Of a stretch of 64,000 nt of DNA, positions 24,798 to 38,801 are shown piece after piece. The stretch's first letter is position 1. Each line of letters opens with the position of its first letter. The notes under the pieces were generated by a model. The model was not told the DNA's origin. It saw only the letters and a list, made by a program, of their open reading frames with translations, and searched no databases. The stretch covers positions 7,626,001 to 7,690,000 of the forward strand of contig CM120643.1 in assembly GCA_051362555.1 (NCBI GenBank), in the 5' to 3' direction. The stretch comes from Lingula anatina. Its lineage: Eukaryota; Animalia; Brachiopoda. The position numbers and the translations under genes are program-made.

Positions 24798-27700
24798 ATG
24801 TCTACACAGCCGCTGGTAAGTTTTTTTTTTATTCAAAACTAAAATTCTGTAGCAAGTGCAACGTAAGCCCACACAGCGCCTTTTTATCCGTCGTTCATGA
24901 TTTTTTTATGTGATTAATTATATTCTAAATGAAATTCTTAAAAATTTCTTGTCACATGACGATTTGCTGATCATTCTGGTAATGGTACAAATGTACTTTA
25001 CATCACAAACTACCAAATAAAGATACAGAATTCTATGTATTCCGTTAACATGATTTCTTTAATTTATTGTACATATTGCAGATGATAGATGATATGGAAA
25101 ATGAAATAAATAAAGAAGAACAGTGTGCTCGTAAGTTGTGTGCGTGTTTGTATAATCAGACTGTATGTGTTTTATAATACAACGGGCCTAAAACTACTCT
25201 TGCAATTTTTTGTTGTTATATAAATTAAAAAAAGATTTAATTTGTTCATAATAAGAAAGTAAGATATCCTATTCTTTATTTACATTAATTAAGTGGTCAG
25301 TTTGAATGTCTGTAATGTAAATATCAAAAACGATCTATTGATAGTATTTCTTGCTATTTTAAATTTTACTTTTTACTTTGAACAGCCAAGGCCACTGTAA
25401 GAGTTTTCTTAACCAACAACTATTTAAAAGCCAAAGTGGTGGGCAGGGGAACTGCCCTTGGGGGATGGGACCCCCAGAAAGGTGTGAACCAGTCAAGGTT
25501 CACTGATATGGGGGTCCCATCCCTCAGGGCAGAGTTTCTCCTGCCCAAGGGCTCAAATATAGAATGGAACTTCATTAAGCCACAAAATGTAAGTATGAGA
25601 CTTTTTTTTTTTACAAAAATAATGATCTCAGGTAAAAATGATTTTCTTTAAAATTGAAAAAGAAAATTTAAAGTCTGATACGTTTAAGTATTTATTAAAA
25701 CCTTCATTCATTTCTTCTAGTGTATTTGATTTATCAGTGATTGTATATATAAGTAAACATTTTATTTTTCATTTTATACATTAACATATCTTTAAGTTAT
25801 TTATTTGTTTGTTTTTTCATTCATTTATTCATTCTTTAAATTTATTCAGCCTTACCACCCTGGGTCTGGCTGGACATGGGAGCCTGAACCCTTTAGGAAC
25901 AGGTGCCTCCAGGTGACCACTAAGGACAGCATGGAAGTGACCTGTACTTGGGGAGAACTGGACATGGAAATAAAAGGTGCTTGAACTCGTAATTCTCGTA
26001 ACCTTTTAAATCTGTCATGTACAACATTTGGAAATCTCACTATCCTATAAAAAACTGTAGAAAAATGATGAAATGGTCCTTTAATATTGTCAAATACATT
26101 TAAGACTTTATTTTAGTATATATCATAACTTGTAAATAATAAATAAATGTGCCATCTTATTCCAGAGTGGGACTACATGTACAAGCCTGAAGTCCACACA
26201 AGTGGTAAGTCCACACCATTGCTCTATTCAATCAACTTGATGCATTTTTTATCTTTTAGGAAGGATTCATGAAATAAAATTACAACAACACCCTGACTCA
26301 CAGGGTGCAAGTCTGGACCCTCAGGGGCTGTTGACAATGAATTTGGAGACCTAGCTAATGCGCACTAACTATGAAAACTCTCACTGAATACAATCAGATT
26401 AACAGACTTTTTGTCTCCAACATACTCCAACATACTCACATAAATGGTATTCCTTAAAATTCAATTCTGTTCTTTCAGGTGATACCAAAGAAGAGAATAA
26501 TGTAGCAATTGTTAAAACCCTAAGCATTGAGGAACTAGGTAAGGGTGGAATCTTAGTAAAAGAAGATAATTTATTTATTTTTAAGTCAATTAAATCTTTT
26601 AATGTGTCTTCATCAAAGTGTAATGGGCCTACTGAATCCTTTTTGAACATGGGCAGATATGGAATGTTAAGTTTGTATTTTTAAATATAAAAATATTATT
26701 AAAATATCATTTTTTCTTTAGTGGATATCAAAGACACAAAGAGTGTGTCAGATGCTGAGGGCAGCGAGGAGAGAGGTAAGACAGTAAGATCAATTTAACA
26801 GGTGTTCATTTAACACACTTCAAAAATTTACACACACACAAACAGGCTCTCAGACACAAACAGGGGCAAATTGAGGCCATCTTCTGGGTCTTCCGCAAGA
26901 TGGTTAGAAGTTGACATTGATAGGAATTTAATTTTATGTCAGAAGACAGTCCACAATGGAGGATGGATCAGCAAACATAATTTGCAAGACTGTCAGAAAA
27001 TCTCTCTTGATCCACCCCTTACAAACATTGTGTTTTTATTCCCTGTTCAGTGATCTAAATCTTTGAATACATCTTTGACTATGGTATTGAATCCTTGTTG
27101 TGCATGGGCATGGAATGTTGAATTTTGTTCCATTTTTTCCTTCAGTTGATGTCAAAGACAACAATTACTGTGATAGAGAACATAAAGGAGAGAGGTAAGA
27201 CAGCAGGGTCAATAGAATAGGGATCTATTTATTACATTGATGACATGTAATTGTGCATGTACATGCACGTACACACACACACACACACACACAAACACAC
27301 ACAAAGGTACTGTACTTGCATGCATCTTCTGAAAAATTAAGGCTTTTGCTGTGTGTTGAACACACATAATGTTGTCTTGAAAATAAAATTAAATTCTGTT
27401 CTTTCAGTTGATACCAAACAAAAAGACAAGAACAATGTAACACCTGTAAAGACACAAAGTATTGAGGAGATAGGTAAGAGAGGAATCTCAGTAAAATAGT
27501 TATGACTTTTAATATACATGTACTGTACTTATGAAACATGCATGCACACACACACATACACTAACAAACACACATGCACACACACACATACACTAACAAA
27601 CACATGCACACACATACACACATACACACCACAAGCATGCTGCTCAAGCAAAGTCTTTAGCATAATTAAGAAGATAATTTATTTTTAAGTCATTTAAATA

Positions 27701-28517
27701 TTTGAATGTGTCTTCCATAAATTGTAATACTGAGTCCTGTTTGAACATGTGCAGATATGGAATGTTAAGTTTTTATTAGATATCATTTTTTTTCTTTAGC
27801 CAATATCAAAGACACAAAGATTGTGTCAGTTGCTGAAGGCATCAAAGAAAAAGGTAAGACAATAAGCCTAAGACAATTTAACAGGAATTCATTTAACACA
27901 CTAAAAAATGTAAACACACACATATTGACTTTAGGGGGGAGACTCTCAAACACAAACACTGAGTTTAAATTCTCTGTTCAGTGATCTAATTCTTTGAATG
28001 TATCTATGACTTTGTTAAGTAATGTATTGAATTGTTATTGTGCACAGGTATGAAATGTTTAATTTGTTTTCCTGTCTTTCTTCAGTCAATATCAAAGACA
28101 CAAAATCTGTGACAGCGGATGTGAAGGAGAGAGGTAAGACAGTAGGGTCAATAGAATAGTAGGGTCAATATTTATTACACTGATGGAATGTGATTGTGCA
28201 TGTACACAACCACACACACACACACTCACACACACACTCTCTCCTTATGTTGTGCCAACACAGTTTGTGCTTTTGCCAAGTTAAAAATGATACTTGGCAA
28301 TTTTGTTTATTCCAAATAATGGTAAAAGTGTTTCACTGAAGATTCATACATGAAATATGATGTTGCATTGACTATTTTTTGAACATTATATACTTATATA
28401 TTCTTAGTAAGGAATATTGTATTATACATTTCAGCTCCAAAGAATCGCCGCCAATCTAGGTGGAGGAGGCTATTGAATCTGTTCACGTCTTGCTTCAGAC
28501 GCAGGCCAAGGACATAA
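24798..28517 (+). CDS. Multi-exon gene: CBM20 starch/glycogen-binding domain, acidic micro-exon repeats and basic C-terminal tail (~282 aa)
   Basis: Exons 24798-24815, 25082-25130, 25386-25588, 25850-25976, 26166-26204, 26479-26538, 26722-26775, 27146-27193, 27408-27473, 27800-27853, 28086-28133 and 28435-28517. All introns are GT-AG; the join is 849 nt, in frame, with no internal stop. CBM20 signature VVG..ALGGWDPQK..LP.G..IEWNFI..WTWEPEP.RNR.LQV..V.CTWG. Confidence 0.85.
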
Positions 28518-28539
28518 ATGGTTATTATTATTATTGTTT

Positions 28540-28571
<32 letters not shown>

Positions 28572-29660
28572 ATTATTATTAATTAAATTCTTAACTCTTC
28601 AGACATTAAGAAATGAAGAAAAGTCAACAGTATTTTTAAAAGAATACATTTATTATACATTAACAGAGAAGTTCTTTTTGTTTGTCTCTTTGTTTTAATG
28701 GTATCATAACTAAGCTTTCAGTTTTTTTAGAGGAAAACTTTGTCTAACAGCTGGTAAAACTGTACATGAAAGCAGTAATTATATAATAGCAGCCAGGAGC
28801 TGTTTGTTGTAGAGTTACTGTCAACATCTATTTACACCTAACTGATTGCACATTTTAACTGAATTATATTGTAATATTTTCATCTTTTATTTTTCAGGGT
28901 CGTCAGTGCAGAACTATCTTTGCCTCTGTAGAAGCCAGTTAAAAACTGCAAAATGTCATTCTCTTAATTTTATGATAAAATATTAAATTTTTGTAATCAG
29001 ATCAGTTTTGTTTTTATTTTCTTAATTGAGGGTACCTTTGGGCAGGGATGATCATAGTTCACAGGAAATAAAACCATTAATTTACAAATCACAGTAAACA
29101 AAACTTTATGCATATCTCACCAACAATGCTAGTTGAAAATTGTGAAAATTACGAATTACCAGGTATAAGGCTTAGTTTCACGAAGCTGCATTTGCGAGTC
29201 ACAGGAATGAGGTGCTTCACACGCATCTCAGGGAAATAAAAAGTGGCTTTCACACTTAACAAAATACCCAGTGGGGCTCTTTTAATTAAAAAAGTTTGAG
29301 AAAGCAAAATAAACCAATTTTTGTATAAAGGCATTTGGGATGTGATGCAAGAAACCAGCACTTGACTTTTTTTTTTACAATAAATGAAACACTATAGTAA
29401 TTACCTCATTCCAATAAAACAACATTTGATTTCTGATTTAAGTTTTAAAGTTTGAAGTTTATCTCAAAATTTTTATCAAATTCTTTTTATATCATTTATT
29501 AAACTTAAGAAATAATCAATGCATGGTACAGGTTTTTAACTATATTTAAATATATACATAAATACTCATACTCACAAACATGTACCCTATCATACAGCTC
29601 AATTACTGATAACTTCTCTTTTGATTTTATATTCCAGTATGTCCATGTTTAAATACAAAA

Positions 29661-29708
<48 letters not shown>

Positions 29709-29769
29709 CGAACTCCTAGGAATTCACATGAAAAGTAAACTTACTTTAGGAAAAAAGCTGTTTTTTTTT

Positions 29770-30270
29770 TTGTTTTTTTTTAGATCACTTGCAAATAAGG
29801 ATCCTGTTTTAGTTTATTTTTATACATAATTATAATATTGAGAGTATTTTAACGTTTGAGCATCTGGTGGCTACAGTGGTTACAGTGGAGGAAAGGGGAA
29901 AAAACTTCTCGATGTTATTAACACCGCCAGTAAAATAATTGGGAGAGATCTCCTCCAACTGGATGATATCTTGAAAGGCAGAATGGAGAAAACAACAAAA
30001 CGAATTATGGGGGTCCCACCCATACAGGAAGTTCTCTTTTTAAATTCTCACCCAGCAATAGCAGACTGCTGACTTTTAAGGGCAGTAAATGGTTTTAAGT
30101 AGGCCTCTCTATGTACAGTATTTTAATTAAACTTTTAGGCCTAGTTCATAATTTTTTATTGTCCGGTGTTTTATTTTAGTTTTATCTCTCAAAGGATATC
30201 AAATGCCGATATTTATGTTTTAATATTTTTATTGGCTGAATAAATTCATACTTTATCTTACCATACTTGT
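29770..30270 (+). mobile_element. Rex1/Babar non-LTR retrotransposon 3' remnant
   Basis: Degenerate peptide IESILTF..W..VINTASKIIGRDLLQLDDI..KRIM; AATAAA tail at ~30239. Confidence 0.65.
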
Positions 30271-30402
30271 ACTATTGCTATAGCCATGTTACATGTATTA
30301 TCATAAAAAATGTTGTATATAGCGGCAACAAGTTCTTTTTCTAACACAATCCCTTTGTTGTCATTTTTCAAAATGACTAAAGGATTTAAAACATTTTACA
30401 GA

Positions 30403-31928
30403 CTGCTCTTCCCCGTTGCCAACACTCTCAATATTCAGGTCTATCATTTGAAATCAAGTGTTTTATTGTAAAAAATATAACATGTATAAAGCCACAGACT
30501 TCATTGGAATAATCTAGCTTTGTTTAATACTGTGCGTGAACAGAAAAATAAAGCTCTAGTATAATCAAAATAGAAATATCAAGACTTCTGAACAAGATGG
30601 ATCACATTAGAATTCCCCCCCCCCCAATCCTGCCCCCTTTCTACTGATACCATACAAACAAGCCACCTTCCAACAGCGTGAGGTCAAAAGTTCACGGATA
30701 GGTTATGCCATGTACAGGTCATTAGGGGAGATAGGTGGTGTCTTTTTGCGTTTTTTTTTTTTTTTTATTCTGCCAATTTTGAGAAGAAATATCAGTAAAT
30801 TTCACTGCACTTAGTAAAAATAAATTCAATTAAGCCAATTTTCTTTCCTTTATTTCGTAATTCGTCAGATGTAATTAATTCCTAGAAAACCTTTACCCCC
30901 TCTTGCGAATGCAATGTGTCGTCTGCAGAGCTCAGCGTCTGCCACCATGCTGGATGCTTCGCGCATCCCGGGAGCTGAACAGTTAACGCGGTCTGAGAAT
31001 TTTAGGGAGAGTCAGATGGAAAAAAAAGGGATCTTGGTATCTATAAAGTTCTACTTGGTGAAGCTGGAGATTTGGGCTAGTTTTAATCTTTTCATTAAAA
31101 GTTTGCAACCTACTCTGCCTTTCAGTGACCCTATGCAACCAAAATATTTTGCTGGCATCTTGATACATTTTCCACTTCTGTCTCCCCCCTAAAACGGTCC
31201 ACACTCAATAATCAATAATCGTATGGCAATTTTATACAGGCAATTGACCTACTTTTAGACCCATGCAGCTATCAACGAGTTTTATGGCTGTGGAGTGAAA
31301 ACGTGATACACGTCTGTGATATAAAAAAATTATTTCTTATTACACAATTTACGATCAGTGCATATGACTCAAAAGTGTCCAGATTTGTGAGCTTAAGGGG
31401 ACATTACATTTTGAAAGTAATGAAAAAATTGGAGACAAGCCAAAATCAGAAATAATGCATTTTTTCTCTTATATGCAAATTAGGTTCCTTGAAGTAATAT
31501 AAGACTGGCCGGAAGTGATGTTCATATCAGAGATTTGTAATGATGATGATCTTAATGAAAATTAATGATGCTTAAAAAATCTTATTAAAGTTTTCAGTTG
31601 TCATCTGGTGTGAAAGAAATTTTCTGCACTAATAGCACAATCATTCCACAAGTGAAACATAGATAGTAAACGCGCCTCAGAGATGCACTGCATACGTCCC
31701 AGCTTTTGGGTGAAAATCGCACGCCTTAGATATTAGGTTATAATAATGATATATATATAAAAATATGCGTGTCTAAGGCTTCCATTAAAATTTTGACTGC
31801 ATTTCTATTTATCTGGTTCGACAAGAGTGGCTTTTATTGGTTTTATTGGTTTTAAGCGAAAACAAGGCATAAAAGTCAAAATATTCAGAAGTAAAAAGAT
31901 TTCAAAGTTTCAAATCTTTTTGGTCACT
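30403..31928 (+). repeat. ~1.5-kb dispersed repeat or segmental duplicate, copy 2
   Basis: Colinear with 10128-11740. Confidence 0.92.
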
Positions 31929-32405
31929 TGTCGTGGTGGTTCACGGGGAAATTTTCAGACAACTTACATTGGTATAAATTGATAATCATCTGACTACGCG
32001 CTTTTTAATTATGTTCGTGATACACATGTAAATCACGCTCAAAACCGCCTTGACTTGTGTCAAAATTACATTTTACATTAGACAATTATAAGTTTGGATT
32101 GTGTCAAAATGTAGAGGAAGAAGAAGGTCTTTTTGATATTTGGGCTACACGTAAGACCTGACGAAACACCCCTTAATGTCTTTTATTTTATTCTGTCTAC
32201 GTGTACTTTGTGATAGCCCTGTAAAAATGTAAGCATGCTTTAATTATGAATTTTCGGGGGAAAAAACTAGTAGAATACTACGCAAAAATAAGTTAACACA
32301 AAAGAAACAAAAGAAACAAATATGATTGATATATCACTCCAAAACTTTTGCTGTTTCTTTCGACAGGATTTGATACGAGGCGGTATATCTATACTACACT
32401 GAAGG

Positions 32406-32441
<36 letters not shown>

Positions 32442-33645
32442 CGAAATACTCTTGATGCAGCAGAATCATCATATCAAAAACACCAAAAAAGTGATAACTC
32501 ATATCCACCGGAGTAGTGTATTTTCATTTTATTTCCGTTATTAGATTACAAATTTAATTCGCATGCCTAGATTACATTTGAAAAGCGTACTGTGCGATAA
32601 AATCGTAAACGATTTTCCGTTTATATTACGGGCGGGTTCATGTTAATCAATTGCAAAAATATTTATTTTATTACGAAACAGTGTTACTTTTTATACAGAT
32701 AATAAGGAACTGAATCTTGAGCTGGTCCAACCATTGTACTTCATATCTGCTCATTAATGACAAAATCTCCGCAATACTACTGGTACACAGTAGACTGCCC
32801 TGAAGGTAGCTGCAATACTACTGGTACACAACAAGTAGACTGTCCTGTAGGTAGCTGCAAATCAGTCAATGGTACACAATGCTTTAAGGACTTCTTTAAA
32901 GACTTCTGCTGCTGTTACACAGAGACGAAGTAAATATAAAACATTGATGCATGTATCAGACTATCTCAAAAATAGATTATTTACTAGAATAAAATGGCGA
33001 TTGTTTTATTTATCATTACTTTTACATTAGACTGAGGTCTCGGTCTCGGTTGCCAGACACCCTTTTTTCTAGACCTTCTTCATGTCATTTTCTTTAGTTT
33101 TTTTTTTTTTACAGATCTTATTTCAATGCTCCAACTTGAACATTCCCGGGCCCATCATAACACGTTGATAAAAAACGAATAAAACAATAAAAGATTGGTG
33201 AGGGCACTTTCTACAATAAAACACCAACACTAAAAGTAATAATAAAAGATACCGAAATTCTGCTTATTGTTGTCTTTTCCCCGTCATTCGTTTTAGTCTA
33301 AATCATCATTTTGTGCATTGTCTTCAAATATTCATGAAGCCCAGATATTGGGAGAGGGGCAACTGCCGCAATGAAGCCCACGTAATCCTCTAGCCAATTT
33401 CATTTACAAGCACACTTACCGCATCGTCACCATGATAACAATATAAGCTCTTTCTGTAAAATAGCAAAATTTCTGTCCACATTCAACTGATTTTGTAAGA
33501 TTGAAAACATCAATTGAATAACATGACTATAAACCAATGTTATGAGATATGGTATGTTTAACCTGAAGCTAGGGGATGAACAATGACAGTGAGAAGTCGT
33601 TCTCTCTGTAATGGATTCCTGACCACTCCTCTAGGTCCAACCTTA

Positions 33646-34077
33646 TCAGTAAAATACGTCAGGGGGTGTTCCATGCCAAGTAAGTGTCTCGTCTGTCAAG
33701 CTGCAGGCAAATATGACATCAGTGCAAACATTGAATCGCCGAGTAGGAGAAGGGGTTGGGGGCAACGAAAAAATTACTCACTTGAAGTTGGCCATCGACT
33801 GACTGGGGTCTCGGTCCTCGATGCAATATATCAAGAACTCGTTCATAAATATGTAAGGGGTAAAGAAATCAACAAGGCCCATCATCCTCTTCTCCGCTAA
33901 GAACTGACGTGGCTGAAAATGTAAGGGTGGGGTGGGGGAGGGGAATAAACTATCCTAAAATATCCCCCCCCCCGCCCCTGCAAATATTTTTCTCAGCCTA
34001 CTGTCCTTATCATATAGAAATAAAGAAATATAGTGTTAGGTATGTGTGATGTAAATGGAAATGACTTTTATTTTATT

Positions 34078-34124
<47 letters not shown>

Positions 34125-34912
34125 TCTATTATTTTTGGAAACTTTTAAGGTCAGACTGAAAGAGTGCTTTCTTATGCAAGAATGATTACTAACAGAATAT
34201 CTCTAATCCGAAATCATAAGAATGGAGATACTCATAATAAACGCGTCTGCTTTCTCTAAATTTCGTTTTTTGCATCACAGGCTGATGATTAAAAAAAAGG
34301 TAGACATGAAGACATTTAACGTGAACATAAATTTGTGTTGTACTAATATGCGAATATAGAGTAGAAACTGAGTATGTCTTTTTACTGGAAGCAACTACAC
34401 TGGGTTTATTTCACAACTCAAATTTTCAGTCAATGCAGACAAGGAAATGACAGAGCAAGTCAAAGCTGAAATGACACACCAAACGAAACCATTGAATATT
34501 GTCACAGAAAAGCAAAGTGTGTATAAAAACGGCCAATATATTACCTTTAAAGAGGTTTTTAATACTTCTGATTATTATCTATTTTGACCTGGGATTTAAC
34601 ATACGTATTACTGCAAACTTAATTTATTATCGTGTATTTATTTATTATTTTATCGATTTTCCTCTTATGGGTAATTATCCGGTGCCTTATTCTCTTTTTC
34701 TTTCAATCCGGGTCAACACACTTCCTTGCCATAGAGTTGCTGTGTACAAGTGCAGCGACCCATCGTGGCATATTTAACCTCGGCCTCGGGCTGATCACTT
34801 GTCATGTCGAATTCCACGAGAATTTCAGGGGAGAGATTCTTGGTGATCGTGTACGCCAACTCAACCAACTCCACACAGTCTCACCACAGCGGTGTGCGGA
34901 ACTCATGGCACA
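33646..34912 (-). pseudogene. Probable spliced pseudogene of unknown family
   Basis: Exons 33912-33782 (PRQFLAEKRMMGLVDFFTPYIFMNEFLIYCIEDRDPSQSMANF) and 33700-33646 (NLTDETLTWHGTPPDVFY*) join in frame across an 81-nt GT-AG intron. The upstream exon from 34912 has in-frame stops. Confidence 0.45.
34070..34125. repeat. (ATTT)n microsatellite
   Basis: Direct reading. Confidence 0.95.
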
Positions 34913-36042
34913 CTAAGGGAAATAATGTAATTTAAAATCTGGTAGAACTAAATTATATTAACCATGTTTTTGGAAACAAGCAAACAAGTAAACAAAAATT
35001 AATAAACAAAAATATAACTAACTAACTAACTAAATAAATACGTAAACAGTACATGAAAATATATAAATAAAAAAGAATGGAAGAAAGATAAGAAAAGAAA
35101 AAATGAAAAGAAAAATACTGTTAATGGGGTGAAAATTATTTCCTACCTGCAGTTGCACAAAAGTCAGTTATTATAAACAGAATGTGACTAAAATATGATG
35201 AACACATTAAGTCTTTAGTTTCTTATATATTGTATATCTTTAATCACTCAACTAGCTGACGCCGGAATAGTTATTTTACCTTCTCTCACCTATATTTTAA
35301 TTTACTTATTTAAATAATCCTGGAGACAGTCCGCTCTCTACGGTGTATTCATTGTTCGACAGCTATACTTGATCACCAGTATGATGATTTTAATAGCTTT
35401 GATTGGCACCTCTCAATCAGAGGAAGTAAAAGCTCCTTTGCAGGATGATTGTGATTGACGTTTGTTTAACTAACCGTCAATCAAGCTGTCAAATTTGACA
35501 GCTTTGATTGACACCTATCAATCACAGGAGATAAAAGTTCTCTGGCGGTATGGATGTGATTGACGTATGTTTACTCAAACTGTCAAATTTGACAGCTTTG
35601 ATTGATATCTATCAATCGCGAGATGTTAGAGTTCTTTTATTCTACAAAGAAATTGTAGGAGCCGTCCGCACTGGACAGATTCCCCCAGGACTGGAATTTT
35701 TAAGGCAAGAAAATAATAAAGCTTGATGAAAGTATTGATCAAATAGGCCCATGATCATTAATATAAATATATGGTAAAATTTTACAAGGAATTAGCTTCT
35801 TAGAAAGAAATGGCTTCTCGACGTGAATTCCCAGAGAAAAAAACATACATCGCCTGCAGGGGCCTCAAGTACGGTTACCACTGTTACTTGGTACTCTTTT
35901 TTCATATAAATGAAATTCATGACATTTGGACACTTTTGAAATAAGTGCATTCAGGACAAAAAGTTTCGAGCATTAAAAAAATTTTTATTATGACACACCG
36001 GAGAAATTATAAGAAAAATTATCATATCATATCAGCGTCCTC

Positions 36043-36043
36043 T

Positions 36044-36086
<43 letters not shown>
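36043..36086. repeat. Poly(G) run of ~44 nt
   Basis: Direct reading; the length may be an assembly artefact. Confidence 0.9.
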
Positions 36087-36087
<1 letters not shown>

Positions 36088-37317
36088 GAAAAGGGCAAGT
36101 ATTTGCCTGCTGTACCCTCTGGATCTGCCATTACAAAGGCGTGGACCCATGTGCTCATTCACAAGTTTGTACATACACACTTAGTTCTTACAAAGTATCA
36201 CTGACATGATAATCACAATGCTGAGCTACTTCCCTCAAGTAAAGCTCAGTTTTTAATAGCATGCATAAATGTTAGATACTTTTTCAGGCAGAGCCTCTCC
36301 TGGCTGGTTGACTGATACGGATGCAACAATAAAGACACGTAAATTCATGGACAACGTCACAATCATGTTGAGATAGACTCTGAGGTCAAATACTGTAGCA
36401 TTAACACTGTTGTAACTCAACTTCCTCTATTCTCCCGGACATTTACATACCTGTCAACATTGACAATTGCCAGAGAGGGAGATTCCCACGCATGACCTAC
36501 GTCCTCCACCCCGACACACACCCATACACACAAACACACACACACACGCACACACACACACACACACAGACACACACATAAAACTATTTTTTATGCTTTG
36601 CAAAGTAACGCCTCGGTTAGAAATGTGTTGTTAGCAGTTTGCTATAGTAGAATAGTTTGACTACACAAAATGATGAAGAAAAATCAAATCTGCAATTAAG
36701 AACTTTATTATATTCCAATTCAAGTCATTCAATGTTTCAAGAAATCCATCAGCTGTTTTACAACTTATACATACTAACAGCCTGTTTTAATCAATAATTA
36801 AAACAAGTCAATTTTTGCTCTCCGATATTTCCGTCTCCGTTCTCCATTATGTGGCTTTCATCGGGGATTCAGCTTTTTGCACACCTCAGGTAGAGGTTAC
36901 ACTCACGTCCTTAGCCCAACTTTCTATGTTACTGGAACATTTTTGAAATATTGTTGAGATTTCTTTATGAAGTACCAAATATCTCACTTCGAAAAAAATT
37001 CATTTGTTAATTTAAAAAAATCATCATTCTGTACTTCAAACCGCAATCTGTACACTTTTTTTTTTTTTTTTTTTTTTTAGCAAATTGCCTATGCCAATGG
37101 GGACAGCTTGGCAAAAGCACTAAATCTCACTCATTAACACTTCTGTTTTATGTTTTCTGATGTATTCTGGATAATCGGGCAAATAAGCCCCAGTGCATAT
37201 ATGAAAATGTACAATATTTTGTGCAAGTCGGCAAACATACTTGATGTGATAATGGCCGACAGTTTGTGTAGTTGAAATAGCAAACTTTGATTTCATGTAA
37301 ATTCTGTCGGCACTTAA

Positions 37318-38762
37318 AGGGTTTGCTTCATGCCGTCAGAATGGCCTGAACGGAACATATTCTTCAGAAAACATGCCCAACTAACGATATCTTTATCCAA
37401 ATACACAAATTAAAAGCTCATTTTGTAAATTTTTGGCTTTAAAAAACGTCCTATTTGCTCGGCCTGGGAGTTAATGAGCTACGTGGTCACGTGGTCCAAT
37501 GACGACAATCGAGCCACTGGAGAACAGAGCGTGCTTAGCTGTCAAACTGAGCTGCATTGTCTACCTGTAAGATGACTTCTCTGGCTTCTGATAAAAGTTT
37601 ATACTCATTCAAATCTCTTACCCGAGGGGTCTAAATCCTCGTGAAGCTGTGTAAAACCATTTTCCGTCTAGTCATTTCTTTAACAAGCATTTCTTTATGG
37701 TTATCCCAAGTTGTATAAAACACTGCATTTGAATGAGTTAAGGGAAATGTTGATTATTGCATATGAGGTCCATGTTATTTGTGAAATTCAATTTATTTTA
37801 TTAAACCGCTGACACTCCGTCTTGCATACTTTTATTAAACTGAGGTAAACAATGCCCGTTACCTTTACAAGTCCTATCTTAATCATCCATCTAACTGGAA
37901 CTTCCTTTACCTCTCAATTAGAGGGTTAAATGGCATTCAATTTGTCTAGCTTGTATCGAACGCACTCTCTATCTAAGCTTTACTCCAGTTATCTCAGGTA
38001 AAAATCTACCTGTGCGTTAGTTACAAAGCGCAGCTCCCGTAGACCTGGGGGTACTAGATAAAATCTGAACACCAGGTTTATCGAGGAGCTAGAGAAAGAA
38101 AGGAAAAATTTTTCCTGCACAACTTCATAGGAATTTTAACACGGACTTGATCCAGCTTAGACCTCCAAACTAACAGGGTGACATGGGCAATTTTCACAAA
38201 CAAATCATAAAACTATATTTCAGTTAACCGCCTTTAAAATAAATATACCGTTCTGGGTAAATTAAAATAGTTATTAAATCGCAAGAATATTTTTGACTTA
38301 AATGATGATTTTATTATTAATGGAAATTAAGCTACTATATGAGGTACATTTGCTGTGATTACGCTGTCCTTCATGTTTTGCGTAAGTCTACATTTTGCTG
38401 TATGTGCTTGTAATCTTTTTAAATATGTGCGTACAATTTTTGCAGGTCTGGTTATGTGATGAGAGTATTAATTTGGCAATTAGTTCCTTAGCTTATTTGA
38501 ATAGAATTGCAGTGTAAAACTTTCAACAAGATGTTGGCGAAATAGCCCATTACTCTTTGTAGGTATTTCCCCCGTCAAAGTTTGTCTAAAATTATCTTTC
38601 AATCTTTACTCTTTCAAAGACAGTATAAAGTTACCTGACATATTTTCGTGTAAACTTAATGACAAGCCAAGTGTCTCCAGTTCATTCTGTACTCAATTTT
38701 ACCCAAGCAAATTTTTTTCTTGAGTAGATCTTTATAGCACGGTGTTATAAGCTTACAAATTT

Positions 38763-38801
<39 letters not shown>

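Noticed and set aside
25386-25396. Separate 11-nt micro-exon followed by GTAAGA
   Set aside because: It would need a 34-nt intron and leads to a stop; reading straight through gives the CBM20 N-terminal strand.
34881-34883. In-frame TGA as selenocysteine
   Set aside because: No SECIS recognised and more stops follow; CGA-to-TGA decay is simpler.
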